This document shows, one piece after another, positions 55,591 to 64,000 of a DNA stretch of 64,000 bases (its first letter is position 1; the number at the start of each line of letters is the position of its first letter). The position numbers and the translations under genes are program-made. Source of the DNA: Bacillota bacterium (lineage in GTDB: Bacteria; Bacillota; Clostridia; Lachnospirales; Bianqueaceae); the NCBI GenBank assembly GCA_017442735.1, contig JAFRZE010000072.1, forward strand, positions 185,838 through 249,837, given 5' to 3'. The notes beneath the pieces are model-generated. The model had not been told where the DNA came from, made no database searches, and saw nothing but the letters and a program-made list of their open reading frames with translations.

Positions 55591-57600
55591 ATGAGATGTC
55601 CATATTGTGGTAATGATGTACCGGATGAGTTCAGATTCTGCAGTCGATGCGGCAATCAGCTTCCGCCTCCCATGATCGTCGATCCCGAACCGCCCAAAAA
55701 GAAAAAGACCGGTCTGATCATCGGTCTTTCCATTGGCGGTGTCATTCTGATCGCCGCGATCGTCCTGGCCGTCCTTTCACTTACCGGAAAGATCGATCTT
55801 TTCAGTTTTCTGCAGAAAGCTCCTGAGATCGAAACCGTCCGGGTCAATCTGAACAATTACCTTTCTGCCGATTTCAGCGGTTTTGATGGTCAGGGAACCT
55901 GCGCTGTCACATTTGATGAGGAATCTTTTGTGAAAGATTTCGCAGGGAAAATCGTCAATACCGAAGAATTTCTGGAAGAATGGAAGGCCAATAAATCGAA
56001 GGATGCTGAAGAAAGCAAGGCGCCGGAGGATAAATGGGTCAAAGCACTTCTCAAGGAGATTTCTTTTGACGCGTCTCCGCTGACGGATCTGAAGAATTCC
56101 GATACCGTAACGATCACCTGGAATTGTAAACCGAAAGAGCTAGAAGAAAAATACAATATTCGTCTAGTCTCCTCCGATACGGTCTTTACCGTCGAGGGAC
56201 TGAGCTCTATCATCGCGATCGATCCCTTTGAAAAAGTTGTCGTTACTTTTGAAGGTATTTCTCCCAATGTAACGGCTTCCTTCGATCTTTCCGGTGTCGA
56301 TGAGGCCTTGAAGAAAACTGTCTATCACCCGGACAAAACAGCCAACCTCAAAAACGGTGATATCATCACCGTCACGATCGAAGACTACGATGAAGAAGCG
56401 ATGAAAGCTGCCTATGGCAAGATCCTTTCCACGACCACCAAGGAGTATGTTGTCGATGTCCCCTCTTCCTATGTCGCGGACGCTTCCGAACTTGCCGGTC
56501 TGGATTATTCCGCTCTGGACATTGCCGCTGAAACATATTTTAACGATTATCGTGAAGACATTGCACTGACGAATTTCACTGTGGACTCTTTTACACGTAC
56601 CAGTTCTTATCTGATGACCTATGCGGGAGATCCTACCTACATTTCTTCCATTTCAGTGAACAATGTACTGCTTGTATTCTATGAAGTGATCCTGTCAACA
56701 GAGCATACGCCTTATGTTCATTCGGATTATCAGGGTACTTATTCTGCCGGTTCTTTGACATATCGGTATCGCTTGTATTACCCCGTATATATCAATAATC
56801 TGACTGTGACCAATGGCAGTCTGGATGTTCCGGTCGAATCCATCTCCAGTTATACCAATCCAGACACTTTCTTCTCTATAGGATATGTCTGCACCGGTAC
56901 CGAAAACGAAGATATCCTTCTGCAATGCATCACCGGACCCAACCCGAACTATCGAACTATCGATCTCGCGACAGGAGAGGTCCTTGAGGCTACTTCCACC
57001 GATGCCTATGACTTCTCCATGCCAGACGATGTCGATTACTATTCAACCCTTCCTACGATCCCGCCGGATGCCGCCGCCATCACACTTCCTTCTGTAAACA
57101 CAGCTCTTCCGGATTCCACGTACTTCTCTGCGGGTACCGCGGATCTGGCTTTCCATGGTTATACGATCACCTATCCGACAGTTGCATTGACTCTCCCGGC
57201 GGAAGTCTTCACCAACACGGATGTCGATGTGATGTATTATTGGGATGATATGGTGCTCTTTGGCATATCGTATGTCAGTTTCGATCTGGCTACGATCGCG
57301 GACAGACACTCAGAGATCCGTGATTGGGCGATCGATTCCCTTGTTGGCGGTGATGGCATATCGTTTGATATCTATCAATACCAGGAAGTTACCAATCCGA
57401 ATGGTGTCCGTATGGATATCGCGCGGGTAAAGGTCCAGGGTAATTCCAATTACCCTGAAGAAGGTGGTACCTTTGCCTTCATCTATGATGACAGTAACAA
57501 GTCTCTCGTCGTCGTATACATCGCTGTTATGAGTCCCTCTGATGATACGTTGGAATATTCCGCTGACTTCGCGGCCATCCTGAATTCCATAAAGAAATAA
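55591..57600 (+). CDS. Zinc-ribbon-anchored single-pass membrane protein with large extracellular domain (YvbJ-like architecture)
   Basis: N-terminal CPYCGN..CSRCGN ribbon, Pro/Lys linker, TM helix LIIGLSIGGVILIAAIVLAVLSL, then about 600 aa extracytoplasmic region. Confidence 0.6.
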   Translation: MRCPYCGNDVPDEFRFCSRCGNQLPPPMIVDPEPPKKKKTGLIIGLSIGGVILIAAIVLAVLSLTGKIDLFSFLQKAPEIETVRVNLNNYLSADFSGFDGQGTCAVTFDEESFVKDFAGKIVNTEEFLEEWKANKSKDAEESKAPEDKWVKALLKEISFDASPLTDLKNSDTVTITWNCKPKELEEKYNIRLVSSDTVFTVEGLSSIIAIDPFEKVVVTFEGISPNVTASFDLSGVDEALKKTVYHPDKTANLKNGDIITVTIEDYDEEAMKAAYGKILSTTTKEYVVDVPSSYVADASELAGLDYSALDIAAETYFNDYREDIALTNFTVDSFTRTSSYLMTYAGDPTYISSISVNNVLLVFYEVILSTEHTPYVHSDYQGTYSAGSLTYRYRLYYPVYINNLTVTNGSLDVPVESISSYTNPDTFFSIGYVCTGTENEDILLQCITGPNPNYRTIDLATGEVLEATSTDAYDFSMPDDVDYYSTLPTIPPDAAAITLPSVNTALPDSTYFSAGTADLAFHGYTITYPTVALTLPAEVFTNTDVDVMYYWDDMVLFGISYVSFDLATIADRHSEIRDWAIDSLVGGDGISFDIYQYQEVTNPNGVRMDIARVKVQGNSNYPEEGGTFAFIYDDSNKSLVVVYIAVMSPSDDTLEYSADFAAILNSIKK

Positions 57601-57628
57601 TCATTCTTTATCAGCAGCGCACCCAAGC

Positions 57629-57666
57629 AAAACGGACGATCCGTTATGGACCGTCCGTTTTTTGTC
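57629..57666. terminator. Terminator hairpin between convergent genes
   Basis: AAAACGGACGatccgttatggacCGTCCGTTTTTTG. Confidence 0.7.
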
Positions 57667-57671
57667 TTCTT

Positions 57672-59558
57672 TTATAGATTCTTTCTTTCTTCCTCAATGA
57701 TCCTGGCCGCGAGATTCCCGGAGAGGGATTCCTCCCCGACGGATGAAGGATCCGCGTATTCATCGAAAACGGATTGCTTTTCCATGAGGATTTCCCGGAT
57801 CTTCTCATCGACCGTGTCCTTTGCGTACAGTCTGAAAACAAGTACTTTCTGCACCTGTCCCATCCGATAAGCGCGGGAGATCGCCTGCGTTTCAAGAGAC
57901 GGCTTTATTTGTGGTTCACAGAAAATAACGACACTGGCACTTTGAATATTCAGCCCCATCCCTCCGGAGATGACCTGACAGGGCAGCACATAGGGAATGG
58001 ACTGATCTTCTCCATCCGGTGAGTTCTTTGGGTCTTCTTCCGGGAACGTACCGGCCGCGAAGGCATCCAGAATAGCCTGTCGTTTTGCCGGCGGTACCGA
58101 TCCGTTGATGGGTTCCATTGCAAAGTTCCCGAGGATCTCCCTGACTTTCTCCAGTGTATTTCGAAAGAATGAGAATACGATGACCTTTCGCTTATTGGCT
58201 CCTGCCTCTTCCACGATTTCCCTGAGTCGCAGCGCTTTCACCGACTCTTTCGGATCCTTTTGTTCCCAGGATACCTGTCGCATAGACATGAAATTGCCGG
58301 CCATGACGGATTTTCGGTAATCGTTTCGCTCCTCTTTCGTAAGTTCGACCCAGGCATCTTCCTCGATCAGATCCGGCAGCTCCGTGAGTACATCGTCCCT
58401 TGTACGTCTCAGATAAACCGGAGCAGCTTTCTCGGAAAACTGTGTCGCCTTATCATAAGCGGCCATCTTTCTGAGCTCATCGGCAAATTCCGGCCGGATC
58501 AGCTCGACGAGCTGGCACATTTCATCCACTCTGTTTTCCAGCGGTGTTCCGGTCATCATCAGCGCGTATTCCGCTCGTTTCAGTATCCTCCCCGCCAGTA
58601 TGGTACGCGTTGCCGCCGGGTTCTTGATATAATGCGCTTCATCGATCACGCAGAGATCAAGCAGTTTCTCCGGCTGTGCTTCTTCCGGAGAGACTTCTTC
58701 GATATGCCACAGGGCTGACAGTTTTCCCAGTGACTCGAAATTCGTGACGCCGATCCCGCCTTTTTCCATCCATGGAGCGATATCCTGCTGCATATCCTGA
58801 CCATGAAAGATATACGCAGGGATCTGACAGAACTTTTCCGCTTCCCGCTGCCAGTTGATCAGAACGCTGGCGGGACAGATGACAAGAAACTTATTCCGTC
58901 CCCGGGCGTAAAGGTGTGCGATCAGTCCCAGTGCCTGGATGGTCTTGCCAAGACCCATTTCGTCTCCGAGAAGTGAACGCTTTTCATAAATACTGTACTG
59001 TATGCCGAAAAGCTGGTAGCTTCTGGGCGTTCCTGTAAAATAGCGAAGATCCGCCGGCGTCTCAAGGACGGCCTTTACGATCTCCGCCGGCAGATCGACC
59101 TGCGTCTGCCTTTCATTCTGATAAGGATCGTACTGTTCGATCAGCGCATAGTATTCTGCTCCGTGGATCAGAAAATCATTCCACGCTTCCTCTGTGGTTC
59201 CCTGCTTTCCACTGCGTTCAGAATATAGCGCCTGGATCAATCTGGTATCGAGCGGCGGTCTTCCTTCCGGATCGAGACGGATCGGAACTTCTTTTTTTGC
59301 CTCCGCGATATAGGCTCTGGCCGCGGCTTTGACCTGCCGAACCGTATCGGCTCCCACACCGGGAAGACGCTCCATGGAACGGGGACTGTAGTTATAGGCT
59401 TTTCCTACAGTCGTTATACCGGCGTTTTGTAATGTTGAAAGCCGAAGATTGGGGTTGGCGATCTTCAGCTTTTCGATATTCACTTCATCCAGATAACGGA
59501 CGGCCGCTTCATCCAGCCAGTGATGAAGTGCCGGGGTTATTCCGTATTTATCTGCCAT
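57672..59558 (-). CDS. SNF2-family DNA/RNA helicase (SNF2_N + helicase C-terminal domains)
   Basis: Motif I LGDEMGLGKTIQ, DEAH-like VIDEAHYIKN, motif VI QAISRAYRMGQ. Start reassigned to MADKYG at 59558, which shares one base with the esterase stop (TGATG). Confidence 0.8.
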   Translation of the reverse strand: MADKYGITPALHHWLDEAAVRYLDEVNIEKLKIANPNLRLSTLQNAGITTVGKAYNYSPRSMERLPGVGADTVRQVKAAARAYIAEAKKEVPIRLDPEGRPPLDTRLIQALYSERSGKQGTTEEAWNDFLIHGAEYYALIEQYDPYQNERQTQVDLPAEIVKAVLETPADLRYFTGTPRSYQLFGIQYSIYEKRSLLGDEMGLGKTIQALGLIAHLYARGRNKFLVICPASVLINWQREAEKFCQIPAYIFHGQDMQQDIAPWMEKGGIGVTNFESLGKLSALWHIEEVSPEEAQPEKLLDLCVIDEAHYIKNPAATRTILAGRILKRAEYALMMTGTPLENRVDEMCQLVELIRPEFADELRKMAAYDKATQFSEKAAPVYLRRTRDDVLTELPDLIEEDAWVELTKEERNDYRKSVMAGNFMSMRQVSWEQKDPKESVKALRLREIVEEAGANKRKVIVFSFFRNTLEKVREILGNFAMEPINGSVPPAKRQAILDAFAAGTFPEEDPKNSPDGEDQSIPYVLPCQVISGGMGLNIQSASVVIFCEPQIKPSLETQAISRAYRMGQVQKVLVFRLYAKDTVDEKIREILMEKQSVFDEYADPSSVGEESLSGNLAARIIEEERKNL

Positions 59559-60868
59559 CAGACGTTCAGCTCCTGTACATACGGATCTTCCTTTGTACAG
59601 GGTTTCCACTCCGGAAGATCATCCGCGTTCGGATCACCGGTTTTCATAAAGTTCGTCCAGTATTCCATGATCCGGTCTCTGAGCTGATAATCTCCCTCTT
59701 CCCACGGACGCCAGCATCTGTCCAGAGTATCCATTGTATACCAGAGTTCAGAGGAATGCCAGGCACCCTGATCGTCTCCCGGAAGGTCACGAGTGAACCA
59801 GTAGACAAATGCCGGCTTTCTTCCGATCTCTTCCAGCTTCTGGCTAAACAGCATACTGCCTTTATAGAGCATCGCTTCTCGTTTGTCCTGCATATCGGGC
59901 ATGGCACCGATATCGTCTTTCGTGCTGCCCACCATATACGGAACATCCGCAAATTTCCCTTCATCCATCAGCTGATAATAGCCTTCCGGAAGGACATATC
60001 CGTCGATGATCGGTGCCATGGGAAGCAGCATCCGCCCTTCTTCTTCCCGGATCCGTGCATACATTCTCTGTTCTGTCTCAAGGATCACATCCGCGGGGAT
60101 TTTTCTCATCTCTTCCAGATTGGCGACTCCCAGCATTTCCTGCAGCATCAGGCCATATTTTTCCTGATCCTTCATATACGCGTCCCCGTGCAGGCCGATT
60201 CCGTAGGATCCACCGCTCTGCAGGATCGCGCGGGCGATCTTTCCTTTTGTCAGTGGACTGGAGACGAGGGTCTGAACGCTCATCGCGCCGGCACTTTGCC
60301 CGAAGATCGTGATATTCTCAGGATCTCCGCCGAAAGCTTCGATGTTTTCATAGATCCAGTCAAGCGCCGCGATCTGATCGAGTATTCCGTAGTTCCCTGA
60401 GACACCTGCTTCTTTCGTCAGTTCCGGATGTGCCATAAACCCCAGAACACCCATCCGGTACTCGACGCTTACCAGGATCACACCCCGCTCGGCATAGCCC
60501 GCACCGTCAAACTCTTTTTCTGTACCCCAGCCATGTCCGAAGCCACCGCCGTGGATCCACATAGCGACCGCTGCTTTCTTCGCTTCTTTAGGCGCCCAGA
60601 TATGCAGGAACAGACAATCTTCGCTGGTAGGCGGATTGAAGGAAGGATCATCATAAAAATCCTTATCCCACGGAGGGACCGATCCTTCTGTCTGGACTGC
60701 TTTATTCCGGACAGAAATGGCCTCATATACATTCTCCCATGGTTCATTTTTCACAGGTGCTTTCCACCGAAGGTCTCCGACCGGCGCTTTCGCAAAGGGA
60801 ATCCCCAGATATTTGATATAACTGCCCTGATCGATCCCTTCGATCAGACCGTACTTCGTTTTGACCAT
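59558..60868 (-). CDS. Carboxylesterase type B (para-nitrobenzyl esterase family)
   Basis: FLGIPFAKAP...WIHGGGF...GQSAGA (nucleophile elbow GxSxG). Start at MVKTKYG with RBS GGGGAGGA. Confidence 0.8.
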   Translation of the reverse strand: MVKTKYGLIEGIDQGSYIKYLGIPFAKAPVGDLRWKAPVKNEPWENVYEAISVRNKAVQTEGSVPPWDKDFYDDPSFNPPTSEDCLFLHIWAPKEAKKAAVAMWIHGGGFGHGWGTEKEFDGAGYAERGVILVSVEYRMGVLGFMAHPELTKEAGVSGNYGILDQIAALDWIYENIEAFGGDPENITIFGQSAGAMSVQTLVSSPLTKGKIARAILQSGGSYGIGLHGDAYMKDQEKYGLMLQEMLGVANLEEMRKIPADVILETEQRMYARIREEEGRMLLPMAPIIDGYVLPEGYYQLMDEGKFADVPYMVGSTKDDIGAMPDMQDKREAMLYKGSMLFSQKLEEIGRKPAFVYWFTRDLPGDDQGAWHSSELWYTMDTLDRCWRPWEEGDYQLRDRIMEYWTNFMKTGDPNADDLPEWKPCTKEDPYVQELNV

Positions 60869-60882
60869 ATTCTGATCCTCCC

Positions 60883-62379
60883 CTAATAGTATTCCTTGAT
60901 TCGGTGATACCATATCCTGTCCGGATCACCGGTTTCATTCATCCAGTTTCCAAGCTTGTCCATCAGTTCTTTCTTTTTGTCCTGACAAGCCGGATCATAA
61001 CATCGGTTCTGAAGCTGCCAGGGATCTTCTTCAAGATCATACAGTTCTCCCCGTTCTGATTCATTGAAGGTAAACCAGTATTTACCATCCGTGACCATTC
61101 TTTGCCTTGTATGATAGAAATGGTCGTGGAATTCTCCATAGATCTCCTGATGTCCCACTTCTCCGGTCCCATCGATCACTGGCAGAAGGCTGGTTCCGTC
61201 TACTGGTTTGGGCGGTCTGATGCCGGCGATATCAAGGATCGTCGGCATCACTTCATGCAGGTAGACCATTCCGTCATTTGTTCTTCCCGTATCTCCCAGT
61301 CGATTATTCGCTGGTTTGATGATCATCGGAACGCGGTAGATCTCCTGAAACGCGAAACAGCCTTTCTCGATCAGCTTATGAGCGCCGAGGCAGTCACCGT
61401 GATCCGCTCCATAGATGATGACAGTATCCTCATACAGACCGAGCTCCTTCAGCCTGTCGACGATCAGACCCACCATATCATCGATGAACGTACAGTGTCC
61501 GAAGTATTTGGCGCTGATATCCGCCATGCCTTCCCACCCGTAAGGTCCGTTGCCCCACATTTTCTCGGACAGATAATATCCGTAAGGCTTATCCTCAAAG
61601 GTCTCCCGATAGCTTGGATGTTCCGGGATATCCTTCGGATCATACATACTGAAGTATGGTTCCGGGACGATGGATGGAGAATGCGGACCCCAGAAGTTTG
61701 CCCAGATGAAGAAAGGCTTATCGGATGACGCAGCCTCGTCCAGCTGATGGATGGCTTCCTGCGCGACAAAGTACTCGATCGTACTCTCGATGGGTCCTTC
61801 ATGTTTACAGTACATCTCCTGGATCTGCAGGGCCGGGTTGGCTCCGAGAAATCCGTGAGACACATCGATCCCCTCGTAGCCTTTTTCTTTCAGGTATTCT
61901 TCATAATAGTTCGGCTGATTATCCGGCGGCTGGTCGAAGATCAGGGACGGGAATACGCGGCTGCCGGGGAACCCGTAACCCATGAAGGCTTTTCCGTGAA
62001 ATCCACAGTCTTCCGGTGTTCTTCCCGGAGAGACATGCCACTTGCCCGAATAGCCACAGTAATACCCGGCATCCCTCATAAGCTCGGAAAGCAGGGGTGT
62101 TCCTTCTTTGATATCTGTAAAATTGTCGATCACACCATGCTTATGCGGAAACAGCCCGGTCATGACGCTGGCCCTTGAAGGCGCGCAGATCGCCGAACAG
62201 GTATAGGCGTTTCTCATCACCAGGCCTTCCGCTGCCAGCTGATCGATATGCGGGGTACGGCAGATATCTGCCTGATGGCTAAGTCCGTACCCCGGCATAC
62301 CGGCCTGACGGATCGCTCCGATCGTATCCGGCCGCTGCTGATCGGAAAGGATCAGCAGGACGTTTTTTCGTTTTGACAT
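60883..62379 (-). CDS. Cys-type sulfatase (arylsulfatase family)
   Basis: Signature CAPSRASVMTG (C-x-P-S-R-x-x-x-x-T-G); N-terminal LLILSDQQRPD. Start at MSKRK with RBS AGGTGG 8 nt upstream. Confidence 0.85.
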   Translation of the reverse strand: MSKRKNVLLILSDQQRPDTIGAIRQAGMPGYGLSHQADICRTPHIDQLAAEGLVMRNAYTCSAICAPSRASVMTGLFPHKHGVIDNFTDIKEGTPLLSELMRDAGYYCGYSGKWHVSPGRTPEDCGFHGKAFMGYGFPGSRVFPSLIFDQPPDNQPNYYEEYLKEKGYEGIDVSHGFLGANPALQIQEMYCKHEGPIESTIEYFVAQEAIHQLDEAASSDKPFFIWANFWGPHSPSIVPEPYFSMYDPKDIPEHPSYRETFEDKPYGYYLSEKMWGNGPYGWEGMADISAKYFGHCTFIDDMVGLIVDRLKELGLYEDTVIIYGADHGDCLGAHKLIEKGCFAFQEIYRVPMIIKPANNRLGDTGRTNDGMVYLHEVMPTILDIAGIRPPKPVDGTSLLPVIDGTGEVGHQEIYGEFHDHFYHTRQRMVTDGKYWFTFNESERGELYDLEEDPWQLQNRCYDPACQDKKKELMDKLGNWMNETGDPDRIWYHRIKEYY

Positions 62380-62391
62380 AGTCATTACCAC

Positions 62392-64000
62392 CTAGAACTT
62401 TCTTCTGGATGTTGAACTGACTCGACCCGAACTGGATGTTGAATGGCTGGAATAAGTGCTTCTCGACGAACTGCCGGACGAACTGCGGCTGTTGTCTGAA
62501 CTGCTTTCCCTTGGTTCAATGTACTTACGTTCCACTCTGACTCCAAGTAGTGTATCCAGTTTGTCCCGAACCTGAAAACTGCGCTGGACCAGAAATGCGT
62601 CCAACGAGAGCGTTTCTTTGACAGTCCGGTTCTTCGCTTTCGCGCGGGAAGTCGTGACTGAAGCAACGATCAGTCCACCGATCGAACAGAGGATCAACCA
62701 GAAAATGCGGGTGCCCCAGGAATGAGGAACAAAACCAAATCTCAGAAATCTCCCAAGAAAGCTTAAATACCGATTGACATTGTAATCATAATCTCCACTG
62801 CCCAGGTTCAGCAAGGTGACAGATTCCAGTTGCTTTTCCGCATTTTTCGAAATCGTTTTGGCTCTGGATGTACCTGTCGCTTTCCCGTATCCTCTCACCT
62901 GGATATTATACATAGAGGATTCATCCACAAAGATCCCGATCAGGATCCCGCTGTGGTCTTCACCGAAACCGTACCCGCAGGCTTCCCAGAAGGTATCCAG
63001 ATAGCGGTTGACTCTTTCTTCCCCCGGATCCATATCCGAAGGATAATCTTCGTAAAGACCCTGGGACGGTTTCAGACTGTATGCCTTGTCACTGAGATAC
63101 ACGACGATATCCGTATCATACTTTTCAGCAAGCCGTGCGATCTCCTTTTCGATCCTCTCAGCATCCGCATCGCGGATGCCGTCTATATCGTCAAAAAGCT
63201 TGTCGCTGCGGTAAGCTTCCATATTTTCCCCGGACCTGTAGGCTCTGTACCAGTCCGGAATATCCACGCTGCCGTATTTCAGCAAATTCTCAACACCGTC
63301 AGCCCACTCGGAGAAAGCACCGTAGTAATCTTTATTTACCAGATGATCATACAGAATATCATCCAATCTGGAAGACATGGAATCATTGAATACTGTTCTT
63401 GTCAGGCCAAAAGAGGCAGATACCATTTCCCGGTTATCCGGATCCATGTTGATGAACAGGACCAGCCCGTCGAACTCCGGTCCGATACCATATCCTTTGT
63501 AGACATAGAAATCTTTCGTGAACTCTTCATTATCCATTCCATAGGATGTTACATCCGTATAGATGACGACATCCTGATTCGTTTCTTCGCGAATATCGGC
63601 AAGTCGGGCCTTGATTTCTGTCTCCTCTGCCGGTGTAAGCAGACCCGCCAGATCGATTAGTCTCGGTTCGTTTTCATCATTATGGAAATCAACGAAAGCA
63701 GAAGGATCCGTCACATACCAGGATGGCAGTGCCTGACCGTCGACGATCTGCAGTGTGGCTGGTTCTGAACCTTTCAGAGAAACAAACGTCGTATCGAACG
63801 AAGCCAGATAGCTTTTTGTCTCATTTGCCGGAACACTTTCGGACGACTTGACTATTTCATGGGCACCGGAAAGGAAAGCCGAGACCGCGCCTTCATATCC
63901 TGAGTCATGATAGCCCTGTCTTACAGCTGCTATCAGTTGATCTACATCTTCCTTAAGGAAAATCTCCCAGGCTCTTCCATAAAGTCGGATCGTCAGATTC
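62392..64000 (-). CDS. Multi-TPM-domain membrane protein with Ser-rich C-terminal tail (5' end beyond window)
   Basis: At least two TPM-like units (LTPAEETEIKARLADIREETNQDVVIYT...; DADAERIEKEIARLAEKYDTDIVVYL...). TM helix IFWLILCSIGGLIVASV; SSSGSSSRSTYSSHSTSSSG tail. The reading frame stays open to position 64000. Confidence 0.7.
   Translation of the reverse strand, partial: NLTIRLYGRAWEIFLKEDVDQLIAAVRQGYHDSGYEGAVSAFLSGAHEIVKSSESVPANETKSYLASFDTTFVSLKGSEPATLQIVDGQALPSWYVTDPSAFVDFHNDENEPRLIDLAGLLTPAEETEIKARLADIREETNQDVVIYTDVTSYGMDNEEFTKDFYVYKGYGIGPEFDGLVLFINMDPDNREMVSASFGLTRTVFNDSMSSRLDDILYDHLVNKDYYGAFSEWADGVENLLKYGSVDIPDWYRAYRSGENMEAYRSDKLFDDIDGIRDADAERIEKEIARLAEKYDTDIVVYLSDKAYSLKPSQGLYEDYPSDMDPGEERVNRYLDTFWEACGYGFGEDHSGILIGIFVDESSMYNIQVRGYGKATGTSRAKTISKNAEKQLESVTLLNLGSGDYDYNVNRYLSFLGRFLRFGFVPHSWGTRIFWLILCSIGGLIVASVTTSRAKAKNRTVKETLSLDAFLVQRSFQVRDKLDTLLGVRVERKYIEPRESSSDNSRSSSGSSSRSTYSSHSTSSSGRVSSTSRRKF

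Noticed and set aside
1-64000. Mobile elements, CRISPR arrays, tRNA/rRNA genes
   Set aside because: No transposase or integrase-like ORFs, no regularly spaced short repeats, no tRNA-like conserved T-loop/anticodon architecture noticed. The segment looks like stable core and accessory chromosome.

Overview
This 64 kb window looks like a chromosomal segment from a moderately high-GC Gram-positive anaerobe, probably a Clostridia or Lachnospiraceae-like gut bacterium. I infer this from gene content and Shine-Dalgarno sites of the GGAGG type. About 60 protein-coding genes are packed into operons, many with ATGA or TGATG start/stop overlaps. I found no rRNA, tRNA, CRISPR array, transposase or integrase by eye.

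The modules, in order along the window:
- 1-198: C-terminal fragment of a dienelactone-hydrolase-like gene, overlapping the start of the next gene.
- 195-1448: anaerobic sulfatase-maturating radical-SAM enzyme (anSME).
- 1498-5109: NarL-type response regulator and histidine kinase, plus a large HK-like membrane protein with a degenerate catalytic core.
- 5206-6339: first Gfo/Idh/MocA oxidoreductase.
- 6465-9606: compact lysine operon dapH-lysA-dapL.
- 9710-12557: second Gfo/Idh/MocA oxidoreductase followed by an unusual fusion of a xylose-isomerase-like TIM barrel to a TolB-type beta-propeller.
- 12697-19660: AraC regulator, MATE transporter, a second AraC regulator (RhaR-like), and a rhamnose catabolic operon (rhaB, an AraA/FucI-family isomerase, rhaD).
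- 19771-24226: cell-envelope cluster. It has a small cytoplasmic protein, two acidic-linker lipoproteins, an exported DdpX/VanX-like M15 dipeptidase and a Gate-domain membrane protein.
- 24330-27871: heterodimeric ABC exporter with one degenerate ATP site, behind a consensus sigma-A promoter.
- 27957-29219: glyA.
- 29344-32665: TPM-domain, zinc-ribbon and SPFH/band-7 triad, resembling B. subtilis YdjH/YdjG/YdjI but without PspA.
- 32863-34437: gpmI.
- 34559-44796: rhamnoside utilisation operon (GPH transporter, GH2, xylose-isomerase-like TIM barrel, GH78 alpha-L-rhamnosidase, GH43+CBM32) with a divergent AraC regulator.
- 44871-55569: eleven-gene nucleoside salvage supercluster (tdk, deoC, deoD, deoB, cdd, bmpA, nupO, two permeases, pdp, udk).
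- 55591-57600: zinc-ribbon-anchored surface protein.
- 57672-64000: tightly coupled minus-strand operon of a multi-TPM protein, a Cys-type sulfatase, a carboxylesterase and an SNF2 helicase.

The recurring theme is dehydrogenases, TIM-barrel isomerases, rhamnosidase, esterase and sulfatase together. This suggests catabolism of decorated plant glycosides, for example flavonoid rhamnoglycosides, though that is inference. All similarity statements come from motif reading and memory of family signatures. No database search was run.
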